A DNA stretch of 64,000 bases, taken from an uncultured Caldisericales bacterium. GTDB lineage: Bacteria; Caldisericota; Caldisericia; JAAYUI01. The translations under genes were made by a program, and so were the position numbers. The notes beneath the pieces are model-generated. The model ran no database searches and was not told where the DNA came from. It saw nothing but the letters and a program-made list of their open reading frames with translations. Within the stretch, counting starts at the first letter, position 1; every line of letters starts with the position of its first letter. The stretch spans positions 88,425 to 152,424 of the forward strand of contig CAZXEH010000002.1 in NCBI GenBank assembly GCA_964639885.1, read 5' to 3'. Shown piece after piece: positions 38,684 to 48,389 of this stretch.

Positions 38684-40923
38684 ACACCAGAATCATTGAA
38701 AAGATGATGGCGAAAGCCTACAAAAAAATCCCATCCTGCGAACAGATAGTCGTGGCCACAGCTGATGGAATCGGAATCGCCTGCTATCCACCTAACTGTG
38801 ACTTTGCCGACTCGATTGCAGCATCATCAACCTCAATCACCGGCCTCTCTGACGCCTCTTCTGAATTCCTTGGAAAAGGTGAGGTCAACTACACCCTCAT
38901 CCGCTCAAACGGCGGGTACATCCTCGTTTTTGGCATGGGAACATTCAACCTGTTTGTCATGGCGGGCAAAAAGGTGAACCTTGGACTGCTTCTGCTGGTC
39001 GGAAACAGGCTTGCTGACGACCTGGCGCAATCCGTTTCAGAAATCGTTGTCGAGAGGGAACTTGAGGAAGACGTGCACATGCTGGCAAGAGAGCTGGCGG
39101 AAGCCCAATCGGAAGACAAGGTTCAAATCGAGCTCATGCTTGAAGATGAAGAGGGCGAGGCTGTGCCGAAAGATTTGAAAGAAACCCTTGACATTGCAGG
39201 TCAAATTGCCGACGAATGCGCCAAGAAGGACATTCCCTGCGACATCAGGATTTCAATCGAAGAACCTTTTAAACACCCAACCTCTCACGACCACACCGAC
39301 TTCGAGCCAACCACAGAGAAGATTGAACCCAAAGTGAAGATCAACCCTGAAGATGTGAAGCCCTCAGAAATCAAATATCACAACGAGGTACCCATCTACC
39401 ATCAGGAACCGCCAAAAGACAGGCCTGAACCGACAAAGTCACCAATCCAGGAACATGAAGACGAAGTGGTTCTTGAGCCGACAACATTCATGAAAAACGG
39501 AGTTAAATTCATTCCTGATGACATCAAGCCAACAGAAGTCAGGCAAATGAACGACTCCGAGATCAGGGATGAAACGGTTGAATTCAAGGAAAAGGCAATG
39601 CAGGATTATGGCGTCACGCACGATGACCATGTTCTTGAGCCAACAACCGAGAAATTGCCCGATGTTGAAAAGCCGGTTCCGGCTAAACCGGTTGAAGTCA
39701 GGCGCATGAATGATTCAGAAATCAGCAACGAAAGAACCGAGTTCGAGCCAAAACCGATGCAAGATTACGGCAAAGATCATGAAGACCACGTTCTCGAGCC
39801 GACAACTGAACATATTCAGGCAAAAGATGCGGTAAATCCTGAAGAAGTTAAACCACAGGAAGTCAAGTGGCACAATGAAGTTCCGATCTACCACGAAGAA
39901 CCGAAGAAAGATTCTCCCGATCCAACAATTATTCCCAAAACTGAGCATGTTGATGAAACAGTCCTTGAGCCGACCACTTTGACAAAAAGATATGACGGAA
40001 CAAGGATTCTGCCTGAGGAAGTGAAACCGGTTGAAGTTAGGCGTATGAACGATTCTGAAATCAGCCATGAAAGAACAGAGTTCGAACCAAAGAGAATGCA
40101 GGACTATGGCGTCACGCACGATGACCATGTTCTTGAGCCAACCATCGAGAAGTTGCCCGATGTTGAAAAGCCGGTTCCGGCTAAACCGGTTGAAGTCAGA
40201 CGCATGAATGATTCTGAAATTAGCCATGAAAGAACAGAATTCGAGCCGAAACCGATGCAGGACTACGGCAAGGAACACGATGATCATGTTCTCGAACCAA
40301 CAACTGAACATATTCCGGCAAAAGATGCGGTTAATCCTGAAGAAGTTAAACCACAGGAAGTCAAATGGCATAATGAGGTTCCGATCTACCACGAAGAACC
40401 GAAGAAAGATTCTCCCGATCCAACGATCATTCCGAGAACTGAGCATGTTGATGAAACAGTCCTTGAGCCGACCACTTTGACAAAAAGATATGACGGAACA
40501 AGGATTCTGCCTGAGGAAGTGAAACCGGTTGAAGTTAGGCGTATGAACGATTCAGTTGAACATCACGAACCGATCGAGTTCCAGCCGAAGGAAATGAAGG
40601 AATACGGCAAGACGTACGACGACCACACCCTTGAACCGACAACCGAAAAAATTGATGTCGAGCAGCCGAACCCTGACGATGTGAAACCATCTCCAATAAT
40701 CAGAGCCGGCGAAGAGGATCATGCAAAGGCCATCGAATTCCCTTCGGACAGAGCAAATATTGATGAATCGGCGAAACAGGCTGAGATCGACCCAAACGTT
40801 TCATCGGTTCTTGACAGGCTCAACAAGGCGATTGACAGCTTCAAGAACTCTGAAAAGAATTCACTTTTTGACAAAGACGAAGCTGACCCGTTTGCCGACA
40901 AGGATGATTTGACCGAGTATTAA
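38680..40923 (+). CDS. Roadblock/LC7-domain protein with long acidic Pro/His-rich repeat tail
   Basis: N-terminal VVATADGI...VNLGLLL Roadblock fold; nine ~55-aa EPT(T/I)-containing repeats follow. Confidence 0.8.
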   Translation: MNTRIIEKMMAKAYKKIPSCEQIVVATADGIGIACYPPNCDFADSIAASSTSITGLSDASSEFLGKGEVNYTLIRSNGGYILVFGMGTFNLFVMAGKKVNLGLLLLVGNRLADDLAQSVSEIVVERELEEDVHMLARELAEAQSEDKVQIELMLEDEEGEAVPKDLKETLDIAGQIADECAKKDIPCDIRISIEEPFKHPTSHDHTDFEPTTEKIEPKVKINPEDVKPSEIKYHNEVPIYHQEPPKDRPEPTKSPIQEHEDEVVLEPTTFMKNGVKFIPDDIKPTEVRQMNDSEIRDETVEFKEKAMQDYGVTHDDHVLEPTTEKLPDVEKPVPAKPVEVRRMNDSEISNERTEFEPKPMQDYGKDHEDHVLEPTTEHIQAKDAVNPEEVKPQEVKWHNEVPIYHEEPKKDSPDPTIIPKTEHVDETVLEPTTLTKRYDGTRILPEEVKPVEVRRMNDSEISHERTEFEPKRMQDYGVTHDDHVLEPTIEKLPDVEKPVPAKPVEVRRMNDSEISHERTEFEPKPMQDYGKEHDDHVLEPTTEHIPAKDAVNPEEVKPQEVKWHNEVPIYHEEPKKDSPDPTIIPRTEHVDETVLEPTTLTKRYDGTRILPEEVKPVEVRRMNDSVEHHEPIEFQPKEMKEYGKTYDDHTLEPTTEKIDVEQPNPDDVKPSPIIRAGEEDHAKAIEFPSDRANIDESAKQAEIDPNVSSVLDRLNKAIDSFKNSEKNSLFDKDEADPFADKDDLTEY
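39598..40553 (+). repeat. Intragenic tandem duplication, period 498 bp (166 aa)
   Basis: ATGCAGGA(T/C)TATGGCGTCACGCACGATGACC at 39598 and 40096; near identity runs to GGCGTATGAACGATTC at ~40055 and 40553. Confidence 0.92.
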
Positions 40924-40937
40924 ACCTAATCCAAAAC

Positions 40938-40970
40938 AAAAAGGCCAGACATAAAGTCTGGCCTTTTTTT
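40938..40970. terminator. Bidirectional intrinsic terminator
   Basis: AAAAAGGCCAGAC-ATAAA-GTCTGGCCTTTTTTT between convergent genes. Confidence 0.88.
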
Positions 40971-40986
40971 ATGTTCATTCAATCAA

Positions 40987-42204
40987 TCAAACCGATTCAG
41001 TCTGGTACTGGAGTTTCATCGAACCCATGCCTGCACTTTTCCACACTTTGGCAAGCGTTTCAACCATATAGTCGATGTCGGCTTTTTCGTGCATTGACGT
41101 GACGTTGCAGCGCATTCTCGCTGTTCCAGCCGGTACTGCCGGTGGGAGGATTGGCATAAGGTAAACGCCAGCCTCAAACAGCTGTTTTGAAATTTCGTAA
41201 GCATACCACTCGTCTCCAATGATGATCGGCACTATGGCTGTGGTTGAATTGCCCGTGTCAAATCCGGCTTTCTTCAAGGCATGGAGGTAGTAGGCGATGT
41301 TTTCATTGAGTTTGTGGACTCTCCACGGCTCCTGCTCAAGGATCTCAAAAGTCTTGTGGGCTGCGGCCGCTGTTCCCGGAGGCATTGGTGCCGAGAAGAC
41401 ATAGCCTCTTGAGAAAAATCTCAACATGTCGATGATTTCTTTTCTTGCAGCTATGTAACCGCCTGTGATTGAGGCAAACTTGGAGAGGCTACACATGATT
41501 ATGTCCACACCGTCTTTCAGGCCGAAATGCTCCATGATTCCAAGTCCGTTTTTGCCAATGACGCCTAGTGAATGCGATTCATCAACCATGAGGAGTGCTT
41601 CGTGTTTCTTGGCAACCCTGATGATGTCTGGAAGAGGCGTGACGTCTCCGTCCATCGAGAAAACTGCATCGACAACAATGAATTTGCCGTTTGACTTTGA
41701 AGCCGTCAGCTTTTTGTCCAGGTCTTCAACGCTGTTGTGGGCAAATCTTGTGAACTTCGACCTTGAAAGCAGGCAGCCATCAATGATCGATGCATGATTG
41801 AGGTTGTCACAGAAGATTTCATCTTCCCTCTGGCAAAGGGTCGAGACGGTTGTGAGGTTTGTTAGGTAGCCGGACGAATAGATTATGGCGTCATCCATAT
41901 TGTGAAACTGGGCAATCTTTCTTTCAAAATCAATGTGAACGGTTGTGGTGCCACACAGTAGCCTGATGGCGTGCGAGCCGGTGCCAAATTTGTTTGTGGC
42001 ATCGATTGCAGCCTGGTTGACCCTCTCGTCACCAAGCAAGCCAAGGTAGTTGTAGCTTGTGAAGTTGAGGTATCTTTTTCCACCGATCCAAACGTACTGA
42101 TGATCATTCCTTTCAATCTCTCTTGAGAGAATGAAATGATCGTCAGCAACGACCTGCTTCTGCTTCTCCTGGATAGCAGCAAAGCGTTTCTCAAAATTGT
42201 TCAT
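40987..42204 (-). CDS. PLP-dependent alpha-oxoamine synthase family enzyme (Kbl/BioF/SPT-like)
   Basis: SYNYLGL, NHASIIDG, DAVFSMDGD, VDESH, SLSK; start re-set to ATG 42204 (AAGGAG SD). Confidence 0.88.
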   Translation of the reverse strand: MNNFEKRFAAIQEKQKQVVADDHFILSREIERNDHQYVWIGGKRYLNFTSYNYLGLLGDERVNQAAIDATNKFGTGSHAIRLLCGTTTVHIDFERKIAQFHNMDDAIIYSSGYLTNLTTVSTLCQREDEIFCDNLNHASIIDGCLLSRSKFTRFAHNSVEDLDKKLTASKSNGKFIVVDAVFSMDGDVTPLPDIIRVAKKHEALLMVDESHSLGVIGKNGLGIMEHFGLKDGVDIIMCSLSKFASITGGYIAARKEIIDMLRFFSRGYVFSAPMPPGTAAAAHKTFEILEQEPWRVHKLNENIAYYLHALKKAGFDTGNSTTAIVPIIIGDEWYAYEISKQLFEAGVYLMPILPPAVPAGTARMRCNVTSMHEKADIDYMVETLAKVWKSAGMGSMKLQYQTESV

Positions 42205-42408
42205 ACCCACTCCTTGAAGGTGAATGGACTTGTGGGCCAATTTTCCTTTTTTCGGATGCCCAAATTGTCCTGGTTTAACCAAAGAATCTTTGACAAATGA
42301 ATCGAGTTCTGTCGTGGCGGTTTTGCCGCCTTCTGGAATAATGATTATACGCACGTCACTGGCAAATCAATACTTTTTTTGTTTGTGCAATGTTAGCCAA
42401 ATAAATTC

Positions 42409-42437
42409 TTGACAATGCCTGCGTTTGTTGTTATAAG
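42409..42437 (+). promoter_or_regulatory. Putative promoter of tRNA-zinc ribbon-rnhA-rho unit
   Basis: TTGACA-N17-TATAAG with TGn extension. Confidence 0.55.
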
Positions 42438-42488
42438 TTTTCCACGGCGAAAATTCTCTATGCCAATCCAACCAGGAGATCAATTCAC

Positions 42489-42562
42489 GGGCCCATAGCT
42501 CAGTCGGTCAGAGCAGCTGGCTCATAACCAGCGGGTCGTAGGTTCGAGTCCTACTGGGCCCA
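42489..42562 (+). tRNA. tRNA with CAT anticodon, most likely tRNA-Ile2 (lysidine)
   Basis: Cloverleaf GGGCCCA...TGGGCCC-A, loop CTCATAA, G1-C72 paired (not initiator), C4/C5 as in TilS substrates; CCA not encoded. Confidence 0.9.
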
Positions 42563-42573
42563 GACTACCAAAC

Positions 42574-43284
42574 ATGCTAGGAATTCAAGGACTAATCAGA
42601 CTTTCGAAGCTTGACCTGGAAATAAGGCTGATTGAAAAAGAAATCGAAACAGCTGATGACGGTTCCAGCCTGCAGTCAGAGATTACCAATCTGGCGCAGA
42701 TTGTTGCACAGGGTGAGGCCATCTTCAAAAAGAACAGGGAAGAGCTTGAAGACAACAAACTCCAGCTTGACAAGTCGATCCTGGAACGCAAAAAAATTGA
42801 ATCATCGATGTTTCAGCCAAACACATCGGTCAAGCGCCTTGAAGAGCTTCAGGACCACAAAAAGAAGATCGACAAATTCATCGACGAGCTTGAGACTAAA
42901 GGCATCGGGCTGATGGATCAATCCGACAAGATCGGAGAAAAGCTGGCCAAAGCGAAGAGGCTGCTCGATAATAAAAAACAGCTGTTTGAACAAAAATCCA
43001 CCGAATTCAAAAAACTCAAGCTCAAAGGCGAGATAAAAATCGCAGACATCAAAAGAGACAGAGACCAGCTTGCGCCAACAATTTCGAAAGACCTGACAAC
43101 AATTTATGACAAACTCATGAACACTAAAAATGGTCTTGCGATGGTGGAAGTGGCTGGCAATCAATGCAACGGATGCCAGCAGACAATCCCTTCCGTCATC
43201 ATCCAGGCGGTCAGGGATGAGCCTGAAGAGCTTCATTATTGCAACAATTGTGGCAGGCTGATCTACATCTGGAGGAACGAGTGA
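42574..43284 (+). CDS. Coiled-coil protein with C4-type zinc ribbon (DUF164-like)
   Basis: Long coiled coil, then CNGC...CNNCGRLI. Confidence 0.85.
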   Translation: MLGIQGLIRLSKLDLEIRLIEKEIETADDGSSLQSEITNLAQIVAQGEAIFKKNREELEDNKLQLDKSILERKKIESSMFQPNTSVKRLEELQDHKKKIDKFIDELETKGIGLMDQSDKIGEKLAKAKRLLDNKKQLFEQKSTEFKKLKLKGEIKIADIKRDRDQLAPTISKDLTTIYDKLMNTKNGLAMVEVAGNQCNGCQQTIPSVIIQAVRDEPEELHYCNNCGRLIYIWRNE

Positions 43285-43694
43285 AAAAGGTTGAAGTCTG
43301 GACAGATGGCGCATCGAGGGGAAACCCTGGTCAGGCCAGTTTTGGAACCATCTGTGAAGTTGACGGAAAACTCACTTTCCAGGACAGCTACGAAATCGGC
43401 ATAAAGACAAACAATGCTGCTGAATATGCCGGCCTGATTTATGCCCTCTCCAAGCTGATCAAGCTTGGCCTGGAAAACGAAGATGTGACGATCAAGTCTG
43501 ACAGCCAGCTGATGGTCAGGCACATGTCAGGCGAATACAAGCTGAAAACCAAAGAGCTGCTGGAGTATTTCCTGACAGCCCAAAACCTTTATTCGAGATT
43601 CACCAGTTGCAAAATCATCCACGTTGGCAGGGAACTCAACAAGTCAGCCGACAGGATGGCAAACCTCGCGTTCGGGCAAGGAGATGAGAAATGA
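43281..43694 (+). CDS. rnhA: Ribonuclease HI
   Basis: WTDGASRGNPG, TNNAAEY, SDSQL, NKSADRMAN; start re-set to GTG 43281. Confidence 0.92.
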   Translation: MKKVEVWTDGASRGNPGQASFGTICEVDGKLTFQDSYEIGIKTNNAAEYAGLIYALSKLIKLGLENEDVTIKSDSQLMVRHMSGEYKLKTKELLEYFLTAQNLYSRFTSCKIIHVGRELNKSADRMANLAFGQGDEK

Positions 43695-45220
43695 GCGGAA
43701 AAACGTACACCTATGAAGAGCTTGATGTCATGACTGCAAGAGAACTCTACGACATCTGCAAGGATTTGAAGATCAAGAATTATACAAGCTTCAAAAAGAA
43801 TGACCTCATCAACGAGATCATCATGGTTGCCTCGGGTGAGAAAGAGATTGTCAGGAAAAAGAGGGGCAGAAAATCCAAAGCCGAACTTGAAGCCATGAGA
43901 AAGGCGCTCGAGCTTGCAGAGAAACGCGAGACAGAGAAGCTCTACGGCACAATAAAGCCGGAAGAGAAAAAGCCTGTTCCACACGAACCAAAAGAAAAGC
44001 CGGATTACGACAAACCCCTTCTCATAAAGCACGATATCAGCCACCTCAGGGAACAGCAGCAGAAAACAGTACAGCAGGAGCAGAAAGCCTCAGAAGATGA
44101 CGAGCTCCAGGGTCATGCAGGCGGAGTTCTTGAAATCCACCCGGATGGATACGGCTTCCTGAGAACCCAGTACGTTCCTTCGCCAAAGGACGTTTATCTT
44201 GCCCCGTCGCAGATCAGGCGCTTCGGTTTCAGAAACGGCGATTTCATTGAAGGAATCGTCAGGTTCCCGACAAAGCAGGGCGAAAAATATTCAGCCATGC
44301 TCAAGATCGAAACCTGCAACGGCGTCGACCCGGAACAGCTTCGCAGCAGACCAAATTTTGAAAGCCTCATCCCGATTTTCCCGAATGAAAAACTGAAAAT
44401 GGAATATCCAGGAAGAAACGACATTACGCTGAGGGTTGTTGACCTTGTCGCACCAATCGGCAAAGGCCAGCGCGGCATGATCGTCTCTCCGCCAAAAGCT
44501 GGAAAAACCACAGTCATAAAAAAGATAGCCCAGGCCATTTCGGTCAATCATCCGGAAGTCACGCTCATGATCCTCCTGGTTGACGAACGCCCGGAAGAGG
44601 TAACCGACATGCAAAGATCGGTGAATGCACAGGTTATCAGCTCAACATTCGACCAACTCCCTGAAAATCACATAAGGGTTGTCGAACTCGCAATTGAACG
44701 CGCAAAACGTCTTGTCGAAATGAGGAAAGATGTAGTCATTCTGATGGACGGCATCACGAGGCTGACAAGAGCTTACAACCTTGTAATGACCCCGACTGGC
44801 AGAACCCTCACCGGCGGCCTCGACACCTCCGCCATTCATGGGCCAAAGAAAATCCTTGGCGCTGCAAGAAACATTGACAACGGTGGTTCACTGACCATCA
44901 TCGCAACATCGCTCATCGAGACCGGCTCAAAGATGGACGAGGTCATTTACGAAGAGTTCAAGGGAACCGGCAATATGGAGCTTGTTCTTGACAGAAAGCT
45001 TGCAGAAAAGGGTATTTTCCCAGCCATCGACATCAACCGCTCAGGCACAAGGCGCGACGAACTCCTTTACGACGACGAGATGGGCAAGAGAATCAGACAA
45101 CTTCGTAGATTCCTCACAAACCTCGACCCGACAGACGCTCTCGACAAACTCTACAAGTGGCTGCAGGAAACACGCGACAACAAGACGTTCCTCCAGATGT
45201 TGGTGGCAGAAAAGCGCTAG
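43691..45220 (+). CDS. rho: Transcription termination factor Rho
   Basis: DGYGFLR, PIGKGQRG, PPKAGKT, DERPEEVTD, FKGTGN. Confidence 0.98.
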   Translation: MSGKTYTYEELDVMTARELYDICKDLKIKNYTSFKKNDLINEIIMVASGEKEIVRKKRGRKSKAELEAMRKALELAEKRETEKLYGTIKPEEKKPVPHEPKEKPDYDKPLLIKHDISHLREQQQKTVQQEQKASEDDELQGHAGGVLEIHPDGYGFLRTQYVPSPKDVYLAPSQIRRFGFRNGDFIEGIVRFPTKQGEKYSAMLKIETCNGVDPEQLRSRPNFESLIPIFPNEKLKMEYPGRNDITLRVVDLVAPIGKGQRGMIVSPPKAGKTTVIKKIAQAISVNHPEVTLMILLVDERPEEVTDMQRSVNAQVISSTFDQLPENHIRVVELAIERAKRLVEMRKDVVILMDGITRLTRAYNLVMTPTGRTLTGGLDTSAIHGPKKILGAARNIDNGGSLTIIATSLIETGSKMDEVIYEEFKGTGNMELVLDRKLAEKGIFPAIDINRSGTRRDELLYDDEMGKRIRQLRRFLTNLDPTDALDKLYKWLQETRDNKTFLQMLVAEKR

Positions 45221-45237
45221 GAATATCCAACGATTAC

Positions 45238-45266
45238 ACCGGTTCCTTGCGGAGCCGGTTTTTTTT
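45238..45266 (+). terminator. Intrinsic terminator after rho
   Basis: ACCGGTTCC-TTGC-GGAGCCGGT followed by T7. Confidence 0.85.
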
Positions 45267-45268
45267 GT

Positions 45269-46255
45269 TTACCAGGGTTTCCAGACGGTTCTCATTTCAA
45301 GCTGGCCTACGTTTTCGCCGTGAGTGGTCAAAATCTGAATATCGTAGAAAGGTTTAAGTTTTTCAACCTTCCCACCGATTTTTGGCGAGAGTCTGGCCAT
45401 CGTGAATCTGAAAGGATCACCGCCATCGCCACACTCAATCTTGAAAGCAAAGGCTCTACCGTCTTTTCCGGCACAGAAAACAGCTTCCGCACCGTCTTTT
45501 GCCACAATACCCGGATTGTCTTCAAGAAATGCCGTCATAACACGATCTTCGCCACCCATGAGTAATGGATGTCGCTTAACCGATTCAGAAATCATCGATG
45601 CTGCGTCCTTCAACTCAGACTCAAGATTGACAGGGTTTGAAAGATTGGAAAAACCAACAGCCATGTTGTAGATGGGCATCCCAAAAACCGGCACACCGCA
45701 ACCGTCGACGCCTATTACAATATCGTCTCTGTTCATTTCGCACATCTTGGCAATCACATCAAGGGTCATTTGCTGGATTGGGTGTTCAATTTTGTTGTAA
45801 CCGTCAGTACTCCAGCCCTTCGTCATGCAAGTGGCCAGCATTCCGGCATGTTTCCCTGAGCAGTTGTGGTTTATCGGCTTTGCTGACACTTCATCGAACT
45901 CAGTTCTTGCAGCTTTTGTGAGAGGTGGATGGGTTCCGCAAAGCAAAAACTCATCATTTAGTCCGCATCTTTCGAGCAGATCGAGAACAACTTCTGTGTG
46001 AACCTTCTGTCCGTTGTGTGAGCCAGAAGCGATTGCCAGATGTTTAAGGCTCAGTCTGAATTTTTCGTAAGCACCGGAAATTACGAGAGTCATTGCCTGG
46101 ATTGGCTTGGATGAGCTTCGAAAATATGTAATGTACATTGGGTTTCCAAGGTTTGAGGTTATTTTGTGGCTCTCGTCGATTGAAACCGCATGACCCCTGA
46201 ATACCGATTCATCAAGGCCATTCCTGACTTTCGCACATATTATCTCTGAATTCAT
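45269..46255 (-). CDS. Rhizobial-type L-asparaginase II family protein
   Basis: RSSSKPIQA, NCSGKHAG, DGCG, KDGAEAV; ATG 46255. Confidence 0.88.
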   Translation of the reverse strand: MNSEIICAKVRNGLDESVFRGHAVSIDESHKITSNLGNPMYITYFRSSSKPIQAMTLVISGAYEKFRLSLKHLAIASGSHNGQKVHTEVVLDLLERCGLNDEFLLCGTHPPLTKAARTEFDEVSAKPINHNCSGKHAGMLATCMTKGWSTDGYNKIEHPIQQMTLDVIAKMCEMNRDDIVIGVDGCGVPVFGMPIYNMAVGFSNLSNPVNLESELKDAASMISESVKRHPLLMGGEDRVMTAFLEDNPGIVAKDGAEAVFCAGKDGRAFAFKIECGDGGDPFRFTMARLSPKIGGKVEKLKPFYDIQILTTHGENVGQLEMRTVWKPW

Positions 46256-46262
46256 GAAAGCA

Positions 46263-46324
46263 ATTCTAGCCAAACAGTCTCAGGCTTCAAGCACTTGAAG
46301 AAGTAGCTCCTCATCTGGTAGAAT
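46263..46324. promoter_or_regulatory. Back-to-back divergent promoters (asparaginase / AlaX)
   Basis: TTGAAG-N16-TAGAAT on minus and TTGAAG-N18-TAGAAT on plus; both -35 boxes lie in palindrome CTTCAAG-CA-CTTGAAG (46285-46300). Confidence 0.65.
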
Positions 46325-46330
46325 CTGCAT

Positions 46331-47461
46331 ATGAAAAGATTTTACTGGGAAAACCCGTTCGCTTTTGAAGCTGAGATCGAACTCGTTCAGATTGAAGGCT
46401 CGCTGTGCAGGATTTCGCCGATCATTTTCCATCCAGATGAAGGTGGACAACCACCAGACAGGGGAACGATAGGCGTCGCCAACATCATAAAGATTGAGGC
46501 AAAGGACGGCGATGCCATCATAACGCTTGACAGACCACTTCCCTCCGGTAAATACCCAGCCAAAATCGAAACTGCACACAGGGTTTCCCAGAGCAGAAGG
46601 CACACTGCGCAGCACATCATTTCAGGAATCGCCGAAACCGAGATGGGGCTTGCAACAACTGGCGTGAAGATCGGTTCCAACTGCACAATTGATTTCGATA
46701 AAAAGGTCGAATGGGAGCAGATTCTTAAGCTTGAGCAGCTCTCAAATGAAGCAATAATGAACAATATTCCCGTCGTAACCGAGTATGGAACCCTGACAAA
46801 CCGTGGACGATTCAGTGAAAACCTTTCCGAAAAAGACACTTCAGAACTGAGGGTTGTGGTTATCGAAGGGATTGATCGTTCAGCCTGTTGTGGGACACAC
46901 GTGCCAATGACCGGAATGGTCGGCTCGATCAGAATCACGAACCTCGAAGCAAACAGACAGGGCAACCGAATCACATTTGTTGCCGGATTGGATGCAGTCG
47001 GGTTTGGAGCAGGCGAATCGACGATTCTGAGAGAACTTCGAAAAACTGCAAGCTGCTCAAACGAGGAGCTCAAAGACTCCTACCTGAAGATCGTGAACCT
47101 GAATTCAGCACAGTCCAAAGAAATAGCCTCACTTTGGGAGAAGGTGATTCCACTGGAACTTGAAAATGCGAAACAGATTGAATCGAGGTTCGGGAAGATA
47201 AGCATCCTTCAAACCTCGGCCCCATCAAAACTTATCTCCAAAATTGGCTCCATGCTGGTGGCGAAATCAGGCTTAAATTCGATTGTTTTCTCTTCAAACC
47301 CATGCCAACTGGCAACCGGTTCGCCAACTGGTCAAGCAAAAGAGATTCTCGAAGCCCTGGCAAACTCCGTAGGCGCCAAAGGTGGAGGAAATCCAAATGC
47401 TGTAAACGGATCGTGCTCTGCGGATATTACACTTGAACAGATAAATAAAGCATTGGTCTAG
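46331..47461 (+). CDS. AlaX-type alanyl-tRNA editing protein with DHHA1-like C-terminus
   Basis: GGQPPDRG, HTAQH, CCGTHV, GAKGGG. Confidence 0.88.
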   Translation: MKRFYWENPFAFEAEIELVQIEGSLCRISPIIFHPDEGGQPPDRGTIGVANIIKIEAKDGDAIITLDRPLPSGKYPAKIETAHRVSQSRRHTAQHIISGIAETEMGLATTGVKIGSNCTIDFDKKVEWEQILKLEQLSNEAIMNNIPVVTEYGTLTNRGRFSENLSEKDTSELRVVVIEGIDRSACCGTHVPMTGMVGSIRITNLEANRQGNRITFVAGLDAVGFGAGESTILRELRKTASCSNEELKDSYLKIVNLNSAQSKEIASLWEKVIPLELENAKQIESRFGKISILQTSAPSKLISKIGSMLVAKSGLNSIVFSSNPCQLATGSPTGQAKEILEALANSVGAKGGGNPNAVNGSCSADITLEQINKALV

Positions 47462-47574
47462 CTTTCATCTACCTGACATATAAGCGCGATAACAAATAAG
47501 ATCAAACATGAGATTGATTTGATTCAATACAATTATTAAAATAATATATATAAAAAATTGCCAAGGAGACGAAA

Positions 47575-48378
47575 ATGCAATTTTCAATGCTGCTTGGAAC
47601 GCAAGTCATCGGTTGTTACATGGCCAAAGGGTTCACCGGAGCCGTCAAGATTTCAAATCAGAACGACATGGCTACAGCCTGGCTCAATTTGGGTAAGGTA
47701 ACTGCCATGAGAACCAGTCAGGAGGCAGAAACCCAGGCTCTTAATTTTCTCTCGAAAACTACGGCCGGTGAGGTTATAACAAAATCTGATCTGGCTGGCT
47801 CAGGTAAAACCGATTACCCAATGTTGCTTGAGGAACTGGTACTGTCCGGCAGAATCAATTTCTCATCGATGCTTCCTGTTCAACACAATGTTTTTTGTAT
47901 CAAAGGCGGTAACTCAGACTTCGAGTCTCTCAAATCATCGCAATCAATAAAAAATCTTCTGAGCATGGTTGGAAATGGCATAACTTTCTCTGCGTTGGCA
48001 AACGCCTTTCCGGTTACAGATTTCTGGAGCTCTTTCATTCTGGCAACATCTGTCGGAGCCGTAATCCCAAGCTACCACAAACTCCTCGGTGAAGTCGTAA
48101 AAAAATACCAGGAGGTTGTAGACGCTGAGATAAAGAGATTCATGGGAATTGCCATATCGCACTCCTTCAACACAAAAGTGGACAAGGCAATTGTTGACTG
48201 GAGGGAAAGTTTCACTGATCCGGTGTTTGGTGCCAAGCCGTTTGAAGCATGGGCCAAAGCGGTTGTTATTGCAGTCAACGAAACAGTACCATCAACCATT
48301 TCGGAGAAAATGCTGGCAAAGGTTTTATCATCATTTTCAACACTTGACCAAAAAACAATTTCATTACTTGTTTCCTGA
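47575..48378 (+). CDS. Hypothetical protein with DUF4388-like N-terminus
   Basis: AAGGAG SD; FTGAVKI...AWLNLGKV resembles the DUF4388 TG.L.I..G.I pattern. Confidence 0.55.
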   Translation: MQFSMLLGTQVIGCYMAKGFTGAVKISNQNDMATAWLNLGKVTAMRTSQEAETQALNFLSKTTAGEVITKSDLAGSGKTDYPMLLEELVLSGRINFSSMLPVQHNVFCIKGGNSDFESLKSSQSIKNLLSMVGNGITFSALANAFPVTDFWSSFILATSVGAVIPSYHKLLGEVVKKYQEVVDAEIKRFMGIAISHSFNTKVDKAIVDWRESFTDPVFGAKPFEAWAKAVVIAVNETVPSTISEKMLAKVLSSFSTLDQKTISLLVS

Positions 48379-48389
48379 AAGGAGCAGAA

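Noticed and set aside
42489-42562. Prophage or island integration at the tRNA genes
   Set aside because: No integrase, phage genes or duplicated tRNA 3' ends are visible in the window.
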